From Candidatus Woesearchaeota archaeon (GTDB lineage: Archaea; Nanobdellota; Nanobdellia; Woesearchaeales; CAZJJJ01), in NCBI GenBank assembly GCA_046538795.1, contig JBKHIF010000006.1, positions 1-34,029 on the forward strand: 34,029 nucleotides of DNA, written 5' to 3'. This document shows positions 27,526-34,029 of this stretch, piece by piece. The translations under genes were made by a program, and so were the position numbers. Position 1 is the first letter of the stretch. Each line of letters starts with the position of its first letter. The notes beneath the pieces were generated by a model, which worked only from the letters and a program-made list of their open reading frames with translations, was not told the origin of the DNA and ran no database searches.

Positions 27526-28023
27526 ATGCTGACACTACAATTTATTCCATATGCAGAAATTGAATCCCTTAATTCACATTCCAGGATCCAAAAAGTTCTG
27601 GGCGTTATAAAAGATAATAAGATAGTTCTTATGGAAGGAAGGCTGAAAAAATCTGAAGAAGCAGAACTCATAAAAAAAACTATGGAAGAGATCGGCGAAA
27701 ATGCAGATAATGATTTTAAGGGAATTGAGCTTTCAGTTATACAGCCATCTCTTAAGAATAAGGATTTCTTCAGGCAGTTAAGGTACAGGTTTATAAATAT
27801 GATATTAGGAGATAGGCAGGGTTTCACTGTTGTAGGTCCTGCATCGATTGTAAAAGAGATAAAACAGGATCCTGATAAGCTTCAGCTTTTCATAGAAAAT
27901 ATTTCATCAGGTACATTATCTGTAGAAGATAACAGCACTTCATCAGATTATGAAGAAAACAATTCTAAAAACAATGGAAAAAAAAAGAAACGATCAAAGA
28001 AGCATAAGATCGGAAAGAGATAA
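27526..28023 (+). CDS. oapB: DUF2073 family protein OapB
   Basis: IVLMEGRL..EEAELI..TM..I....F.GIE and G.TVVGPA motifs; operon position. Confidence 0.85.
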   Translation: MLTLQFIPYAEIESLNSHSRIQKVLGVIKDNKIVLMEGRLKKSEEAELIKKTMEEIGENADNDFKGIELSVIQPSLKNKDFFRQLRYRFINMILGDRQGFTVVGPASIVKEIKQDPDKLQLFIENISSGTLSVEDNSTSSDYEENNSKNNGKKKKRSKKHKIGKR

Positions 28024-28025
28024 AA

Positions 28026-28439
28026 ATGCCTCATCAATGTGTTAGATGCGGAGCCATGTATGAAGATGGTTCTAATGAGATCTTGAAGGGCTGCTCATGC
28101 GGAAGCAAATTGTTCTTTTTTATAAAAAAAGAAAAGATAGATGAGCTTAAGAATGCCACTGTCAATCTTTCAGAAAATGAGAAAAAGCAGTTGGAAAAAG
28201 ACGTTCTTGATATAGTCGGCGAGAGAAAAAATGTGGAAACTGGCCCTGATGATGTCATTGTTCTTGACTTTGAATCAATAAGAGCCTTAAAACCTGGTGT
28301 CTTTGAACTGGATCTTGTAAATCTGTTTAATGAGAAAAATCCTTTGGTATATAAGCTTGCAGAAGGTAAATATGTTATTGATATTCCAGAAACCTTTTCA
28401 AGACATGGCAAGGAAGGTAAAGAAAAAAAAATGATCTAG
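28026..28439 (+). CDS. oapC: Zn-ribbon DUF2072 family protein OapC
   Basis: MPHQCVRCG..Y.DGS.EILKGCSCGSKLF; ESI...PG.FELDL..L; EGKY.I. Confidence 0.88.
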   Translation: MPHQCVRCGAMYEDGSNEILKGCSCGSKLFFFIKKEKIDELKNATVNLSENEKKQLEKDVLDIVGERKNVETGPDDVIVLDFESIRALKPGVFELDLVNLFNEKNPLVYKLAEGKYVIDIPETFSRHGKEGKEKKMI

Positions 28440-28447
28440 TTATTATG

Positions 28448-28927
28448 CTACATATTTTCAACCAGATTTGTTATTTCAAAAACATAGTTTTTATCGGTTA
28501 TTGAGCCAATTAAACTTATATCTTCTGAAGGATTATATAATAGATAGATTGTATTTACTTTTCTTGGAGAAGCTATATAATCACATATGGACTGCCTGTT
28601 TTTTTCTGAGATTTCCCAATCACATTCATAAAGTCCTGATTCATCATATATCAGAAAACGAAGAGATGAAAAAACGTCCCCTTTTTCATCTTTGTAATTA
28701 GATATTATAGCCTTATTTTTTTCATTTTCATATGTTTCTATGATAACATCTTGTATTATTATTGTAGATGCTTTTTCATCTTGTTTTGGAACTGCATACT
28801 TTCTGTTTTCAAGTATGTCTTTTATATCAGAAGCAATATATATTCTTGGCATAGAAAGATATAGTCTTTTATCTTCTTTGGAAAGAAAATCCATTGTTTT
28901 TATTTCTAGATCACTAATCTCTCTCAT
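28448..28927 (-). CDS. Hypothetical protein
   Basis: About 160-aa ORF beginning 8 bp after the ychF stop, probably co-transcribed; no motif recognised. Confidence 0.65.
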   Translation of the reverse strand: MREISDLEIKTMDFLSKEDKRLYLSMPRIYIASDIKDILENRKYAVPKQDEKASTIIIQDVIIETYENEKNKAIISNYKDEKGDVFSSLRFLIYDESGLYECDWEISEKNRQSICDYIASPRKVNTIYLLYNPSEDISLIGSITDKNYVFEITNLVENM

Positions 28928-28934
28928 CTTCAAC

Positions 28935-30134
28935 CTATTTGTCTGCAATTATTTCAACAACATCTCTGTGTTTCAGCTTATGCTCTTTACCTACAGTTCT
29001 TTTTGTCTTTACATCTATAGCTCTTATGAAATTATCTCCTAAGTCAGAATGTATCTTGTAGGCAAAATCAAGAGCTGTTGATTCTTCAGGAAGAAGAAAA
29101 CAATCCGGAAGTACATTTCCATACTGGTCTTCAAGCTTGTTAACTCCGCCTGGAAAGATGGCAATGAGCTTAAGAAGATCAAAAGCCGCTTTATTAATCA
29201 CTTCCTGAACTCCTGTGCTTCCATAGCTTTTAAGGATATTTTCTTTTATAAAATTAAGAGCAGTTTTCTGTTTTTCTGAAAGTGTATCTTGTTTTGATAT
29301 TGTAAAATCATCATTTCCTGCGATATAGTCTATAAGATTGTGTTTCGATGCTTCTTTTAGCGCAAGTTCTGATTCAGCAGAGCACCCCACAATTATGTGA
29401 TCTTTGAATTCTTCTTTTATCTTTATAAGATTTTTTTTTGAAACAGGTACATCTATCTTGTTTGCAGCAATTATAGTTGGTTTAGTTTCTTGCCTTAGAT
29501 ATGAGGCAAGCTCATAAAGTTCATCATCATTCCATTGAGTTGGTTGCTTTTCTATAAGATCTTGTTTTTTTAATCCTGAAGCTACCATGTCTTCTGTAAC
29601 ACCTAATCCAGACAACTGTTTTCCAAGAGCCTTTTTTATATCTCCATGTTCCTGCTGTATTGTCCTTGCGAACTTTTCCCAGCCCTTTTTTAGTATTCCA
29701 AGATACCACATGTCAAGCTCTTTTTCAAGAAATCTTACATCTTCACGAGGATCATAGCTTCCTGAAGGAACAGGTTCTCCTTTTTCGTTTGTGCTTCCTG
29801 AAACATCGATAACATGGATGAGAGCATCTGCTTGTCTTAGGTCATCAAGGAATTGATTTCCCATGCCTTTTCCTTCATAAGCTCCTGGTACAAGACCTGC
29901 AACATCTATTACTTGGATAGGAACAAACCTTTGATGATTTACACAGAAACCTTCTCTTGGATTGCACTGCACATTGAATTCCTTATCAACACAATCAATC
30001 CTTACATGTGCAACGCCTGAGTTAGGTTTTATGGTTGCAAAAGGATAATTAGCTATTTCAACATTTGCAAGTGTGAGTGCTTTAAAGAATGTGCTTTTTC
30101 CAACATTAGGTTTTCCTACAACTCCTATTATCAT
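28935..30134 (-). CDS. ychF: YchF/Obg-family ATPase/GTPase (archaeal type) with TGS domain
   Basis: GKPNVGKST, ANYPFATI.PN, DVAGLVPGA..GKGMGNQFL, NKID, C-terminal TALDFAYKIHSD. Confidence 0.93.
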   Translation of the reverse strand: MIIGVVGKPNVGKSTFFKALTLANVEIANYPFATIKPNSGVAHVRIDCVDKEFNVQCNPREGFCVNHQRFVPIQVIDVAGLVPGAYEGKGMGNQFLDDLRQADALIHVIDVSGSTNEKGEPVPSGSYDPREDVRFLEKELDMWYLGILKKGWEKFARTIQQEHGDIKKALGKQLSGLGVTEDMVASGLKKQDLIEKQPTQWNDDELYELASYLRQETKPTIIAANKIDVPVSKKNLIKIKEEFKDHIIVGCSAESELALKEASKHNLIDYIAGNDDFTISKQDTLSEKQKTALNFIKENILKSYGSTGVQEVINKAAFDLLKLIAIFPGGVNKLEDQYGNVLPDCFLLPEESTALDFAYKIHSDLGDNFIRAIDVKTKRTVGKEHKLKHRDVVEIIADK

Positions 30135-30170
30135 AATTCAGAGTAATTTATTCTCTTTTTAAAAGTTTTT

Positions 30171-31661
30171 TCAATTAGAAGACGTTTTTTCAAGATAATA
30201 TTTTCTGAAGTTCATCCTTATACGTGCAGATGACATGACCAATGATCTTCTTTTTAATCCGAGGGAAGAGGCAAGCTGGTTTAGGTCATGACCATTTCTG
30301 CATGCATAGGTTTCAAAAATTTCTCTGCATCGTGGTGATAATTCTGACATATATTGATCAACAATTTTTTCAACATCTTGATCATCAGATTTTTCTAATC
30401 CCTGAAAAAAATCTTCGATTATCTTTTCTTTAGAATAAGTTATTTCAGGAAGTTCATCTGCTTCCAGTTTATTATATAATTCTCTGAATTCCTGTCTTAT
30501 ATTTGAAGCTGCAACACCCAGACTCCTTTTTGTCAATCCAAAATCAGAAGCAATCTCTTCAAGAGGTTTATCAGTTTCATTCCTGTTTGCATAAGAAACC
30601 AGCCTTTTTCTTTTTTCAGAAGGTAAATTGCTTACATATCTATGCATAAATTCAACTGTGTGGATAGATGGCCTTTTTGGAAAATCATATAACATGAAAT
30701 CTTCCACACTTTTAAGACATGCCTCAGGATAGATCTCTCTTTCAAAATCATCTTTTTCTGATCCAAATATAGATCTTAGAATTTCTGAAGAATCTATGAA
30801 ATCCTGATATATATTTATGTCCGGTTTGCCGATTTTCGCATGATCAAAACCAATCTGAAATTTCTCAAATTTTTTACTTACCTTTTTTTCAATCTGTCTT
30901 GTTCTTTCTTTACTGATTCCAAGATCATTTCCAATAGCTGATAATGAATTTCCATTTTTTTCATATTCATTCAAAAGGATTCTTCTTTTGAATACTTCTC
31001 TTTCGGTCTCATTTAATGTGGGAAGAAAATGTACAAGTATATCTCTTGCTTCGAAAATTGGATCACTTCTTTGTTTAAATTCTGCATTTTTATCTTCAAT
31101 AATGTCACTTAGTTCAGTATATCCATCAGAATTTTTATAAACTTCTTTATTGAGTGAGGAAACTTCAAGCGCATTTATCATTTTATTTATAATTTCCGGC
31201 TTAATCTTGAAGTAATCAGAAATTTCTTCAATGCTAGGATCTCTTTCATGTGTTTTTCTGAATTCATCTTGGTATTTTGATATTTGATTGAGAATATTGA
31301 TTTTGTTTTCAGGAATTCTTATTGTTGCAGAATTTTTTATGGCTTTTGTTATTTTTTGCCTGATCCACCAAACTGCATAACTTATAAAGTGATATCCTTT
31401 GTCAACTTCAAAGCGGTCAACAGCATCAATGAGTCCTTCATTACCCCAGGATATTCTTTCTTCAAGACTTAATCCATTATATTTTTTGGCAACATTGACT
31501 ACAAACTTAAGATTTGCCTCAACAATCTTGTTTTTGATATCTGGATCTTTTGTTTTTTCATATAAAGAAAATAATTCTTTTTCTTCTTCAGGTGTCAAGA
31601 GAGGGACCTTATTTATCGAAATAAAATAATTTTTGAGAGAATCCAACTCTGTATTTTTCAT
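30171..31661 (-). CDS. Bacterial-type RNA polymerase sigma-70 (RpoD/SigA-like) factor with C-terminal extension
   Basis: Region 1.2 DSLKNYF..I.KVPLLTPEEEKEL; region 2 EANLKFVVNVAKKY...GYHFISYAVWWIRQ; region 3 TIRIP...RDPSIEEIS; region 4 L..IG..LGISKERTRQIE. Confidence 0.92.
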   Translation of the reverse strand: MKNTELDSLKNYFISINKVPLLTPEEEKELFSLYEKTKDPDIKNKIVEANLKFVVNVAKKYNGLSLEERISWGNEGLIDAVDRFEVDKGYHFISYAVWWIRQKITKAIKNSATIRIPENKINILNQISKYQDEFRKTHERDPSIEEISDYFKIKPEIINKMINALEVSSLNKEVYKNSDGYTELSDIIEDKNAEFKQRSDPIFEARDILVHFLPTLNETEREVFKRRILLNEYEKNGNSLSAIGNDLGISKERTRQIEKKVSKKFEKFQIGFDHAKIGKPDINIYQDFIDSSEILRSIFGSEKDDFEREIYPEACLKSVEDFMLYDFPKRPSIHTVEFMHRYVSNLPSEKRKRLVSYANRNETDKPLEEIASDFGLTKRSLGVAASNIRQEFRELYNKLEADELPEITYSKEKIIEDFFQGLEKSDDQDVEKIVDQYMSELSPRCREIFETYACRNGHDLNQLASSLGLKRRSLVMSSARIRMNFRKYYLEKTSSN

Positions 31662-31662
31662 A

Positions 31663-31691
31663 TTGACAAGTGTTCACATATTATTTATAAT
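31663..31691 (+). promoter_or_regulatory. Exact sigma-70 consensus promoter sequence TTGACA-N17-TATAAT
   Basis: TTGACA at 31663-31668, 17-bp spacer, TATAAT at 31686-31691. The match is exact; function is unproven. Confidence 0.6.
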
Positions 31692-31697
31692 ATTTTA
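31683..31697 (-). promoter_or_regulatory. Putative archaeal BRE/TATA of the sigma gene (near-leaderless)
   Basis: Minus strand reads taaaata-ttataaat, ending about 22 bp upstream of ATG 31661, similar to the spacing at rps2 and oapA. Confidence 0.55.
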
Positions 31698-31752
31698 TGT
31701 TCTTTTCTGCTTTTACACAATATTTATAAGTATGTTAGAGTAAAAAACATTT

Positions 31753-32556
31753 ATGCTAAAAGTAGATCTTCACCTTCATGCTTCAGAAGACAAACGCGAA
31801 CCTGTAATGTTCTACGATGCAAAGATGCTTATAGATAGGGCAAAAGAGCTTGAGTTTGATGCTCTTGCTATAACTCTTCATGACCAGTTTTTCTACAATG
31901 AAGATATTAAAAAATATGCGGATTCACGAGATATAATACTTATTCCGGGAATAGAGAAAGAAATTGAAGACAAGCACGTACTTATACTTAACATAGATAA
32001 ATATCCTGATATAGATAAGCTTGAAGATTTGGCAAAACTTCCCAAATCCTCGTTAATAATAGCTCCCCATCCATTTTATTTTATAGGACGGTCAGTAGGC
32101 AAGTTCCTTAAGGAAAATCCGTCATTATTCCATGGGGTTGAATATAATTCAGTTTATTTGTCTTTTCTTAATTCAGCGAACAGAAAGGCAAAAAAGTTTT
32201 CAGTAGCCCATAATCTTCCTTTGGTAGGAAATACTGACTGTCATTTATTGTCTCAATTTGGCCGCACATACACACTCGTCGATGCAAAAAAAGATAAAGA
32301 ATCTATAATACGTGCCATAAAGAACAATAAAGTCATTCTTATGACAAGGCCTCTTGGTTTTTTTGTCTTTGTGAAATTTATATTAAGGTCAATACTTTCC
32401 AAGTTTGCTGAATTATTTGGCATTAACATGAAAAAGGTTCATAAAACAAAAATAAAAAAAATAAACGACAGAACAGAACAAAGAAAAAATATTAAGCCTA
32501 AAACTGCTGAAAAAGCTGATGATTCATGGGATGAAGACCTGAAAGATCCTTTATGA
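31753..32556 (+). CDS. PHP-family metal-dependent phosphoesterase
   Basis: KVDLHLH, DALAIT.HD, IPGIE, H.L, IAPHP, GNTDCH. Confidence 0.88.
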   Translation: MLKVDLHLHASEDKREPVMFYDAKMLIDRAKELEFDALAITLHDQFFYNEDIKKYADSRDIILIPGIEKEIEDKHVLILNIDKYPDIDKLEDLAKLPKSSLIIAPHPFYFIGRSVGKFLKENPSLFHGVEYNSVYLSFLNSANRKAKKFSVAHNLPLVGNTDCHLLSQFGRTYTLVDAKKDKESIIRAIKNNKVILMTRPLGFFVFVKFILRSILSKFAELFGINMKKVHKTKIKKINDRTEQRKNIKPKTAEKADDSWDEDLKDPL

Positions 32557-32683
32557 TTTTTAGGATAATTTTCCTAAAAAAACAATTAATGTTCCTAAGA
32601 ACTGTATCTAGCGGAAATACAAAGAGCATTTATGACACCTCAAAGAGAAACATTTTTAAATAAATCAAATTTCCAGACATAAA

Positions 32684-33283
32684 ATGGCAGAAACAGAATC
32701 ATTTTTGGTACCTCAGGATACATACCTGAAGGCTGGAATTCATATTGGAACTAAGTTCAGGACAAAATATATGGAACCTTTTATTTACAAGACAAGACCT
32801 GATGGTCTTTCAGTCCTTAACATCCAGAAAATAGATGAAAGGATAAAGATTGCAGCAAATCTTCTTTCAAAGTATGAACCTGAAGAGATATTGATCGTCA
32901 GTCGAAGAGAAAATGGCTGGAAAGCAGTAAAGCTTGCAGGAAAATTTATTGGATGTAAAGTTTATGCAGGAAGATATCCGCCTGGACTTCTTACAAATAC
33001 GACTCTTGAAGATTTCATGGAAATTAAAGTTATCATGGTTACAGATGCTTGGCCTGACAGAAATGCACTTGAAGATGCAAGCAAGGTTGGAATACCTGTA
33101 ATAGGACTTTGTGATACCAATAATCAGCCGAACAATATTGATTTGGTTGTTCCATGCAATAACAAGGGTAAGAAATCACTGGGATTATTTTTCTATATCT
33201 TAACAAAAGAATATCTTAAGGCAAACAAAAGGCTCAATGATGAAAAAGAGATTCCATTTGATGAGTTTGTCGAAGAAGATTAG
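32684..33283 (+). CDS. rps2: 30S ribosomal protein uS2, archaeal type
   Basis: YLKAGIHIGTK, M..FIYK.RPDGL.VL, GRYPPG.LTN, LCDTNN, DLVVPCNNKGKKSL. Confidence 0.97.
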   Translation: MAETESFLVPQDTYLKAGIHIGTKFRTKYMEPFIYKTRPDGLSVLNIQKIDERIKIAANLLSKYEPEEILIVSRRENGWKAVKLAGKFIGCKVYAGRYPPGLLTNTTLEDFMEIKVIMVTDAWPDRNALEDASKVGIPVIGLCDTNNQPNNIDLVVPCNNKGKKSLGLFFYILTKEYLKANKRLNDEKEIPFDEFVEED

Positions 33284-33401
33284 ATTATATACCCTTTTTA
33301 CATTCTTTTTTCGAAACTTTTTTATTACTTTCTATTGAAAAGAATCTTTTATATCCAGATAAATATATTATGATTTCATGCAAAATTAGATGTGATTTTA
33401 C

Positions 33402-34029
33402 ATGGCTGAGATGAAAAACAAAGAGATGCTTGAAGGAAACATTCTTCCTACGCTTTTAAAACTTTCATGGCCTATAGTTGTAGGTATGCTTATTCAGACT
33501 GCTTTTAATGTAGTTGATACTATATTTGTAGGCAGGCTAGGACCTGATGCTCTTGCAGCCATGACTATCGCTTTTCCGATAGTATTCTTTTTCATGGCCA
33601 TAGCTGCAGGAACCGGAGTCGGAGTAAATTCTCTTATCTCGAGATATCTTGGAGCAGATAGAAAAAAAGAAGCAGATAATGTTGCAGAACATGGAATACT
33701 TCTGGCCGTTGTTTTATATCTATCATTTTCCATGATTGGCTTATTTGCTTCCAGGCCATTGTTTCAGCTATTGGGTGCAGAAGGAGTCATCTTGGATATG
33801 ATACTTCAATTCACAAGAACATTCTTTATAGGAAGCATCTTTCTTTTCCTCACATTCATTTGCAACAATATTCTCAGAGCTGAAGGTGATACAAAAACCC
33901 CTATGGTGGTTATGACCATAGCTGCAATTATGAATATCATACTTGATCCAATATTCATATTTGGACTTGGAATAATACCTGCGATGGGAATCAGGGGAGC
34001 TGCGCTTGCAACTGTCCTTGCAAGAATGG
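33402..34029 (+). CDS. MATE family efflux transporter, 3'-truncated by the window edge (absent from ORF track)
   Basis: MAEMKNKEMLEGNILPTLLKLSWPIVVGMLIQTAFNVVDTIFVGRLGPDALAA...LRAEGDTKTPM...NIILDPIFIFG...MGIRGAALAT. Confidence 0.93.
   Translation, partial: MAEMKNKEMLEGNILPTLLKLSWPIVVGMLIQTAFNVVDTIFVGRLGPDALAAMTIAFPIVFFFMAIAAGTGVGVNSLISRYLGADRKKEADNVAEHGILLAVVLYLSFSMIGLFASRPLFQLLGAEGVILDMILQFTRTFFIGSIFLFLTFICNNILRAEGDTKTPMVVMTIAAIMNIILDPIFIFGLGIIPAMGIRGAALATVLARM

Noticed and set aside
30171..31661. Window being bacterial because of the sigma factor
   Set aside because: uS2, DtdA, archaellins, oapABC and promoters are archaeal on both sides; local misassembly still needs a read-level check.
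33494..33733. 79-aa minus-strand ORF
   Set aside because: Antisense shadow of the MATE transporter.
1..34029. tRNA/rRNA genes and remaining short nested ORFs
   Set aside because: No cloverleaf or rRNA-like sequence recognised; the short ORFs lie inside motif-supported genes.

Overview
AT-rich chromosomal window from an archaeon. Evidence: archaeal uS2, DtdA, archaellins, oapABC, BRE/TATA promoters and GGTGA ribosome-binding sites. A DPANN/Woesearchaeota-like lineage is my inference from gene style. Left to right: three large membrane-anchored surface proteins with an M50 peptidase; a glycogen/alpha-glucan cluster (GT3 synthase, GalE, Lrp/AsnC-like regulator, GT4, GH57, tail-anchored DUF5752-like protein); a beta-CASP nuclease; seven tandem archaellin genes in a strict A-B-A-B-A-B-C order; a structured non-coding island; dtdA; oapABC; ychF; a bacterial-type sigma-70 gene; a PHP hydrolase; rps2; and a partial MATE transporter. 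The most striking locus is the sigma-70 gene. It keeps its -10/-35 DNA-reading motifs, has altered core-binding region 2.2 and carries two extra HTH repeats. A perfect TTGACA-N17-TATAAT sits 1 bp upstream of its start codon, overlapping its own archaeal TATA box. Also notable: the alternating, gene-converted archaellin array, a TATGACMTAT motif shared by glycogen and archaellin upstream regions, and several structured leaders. All calls were made by eye; no searches were run.
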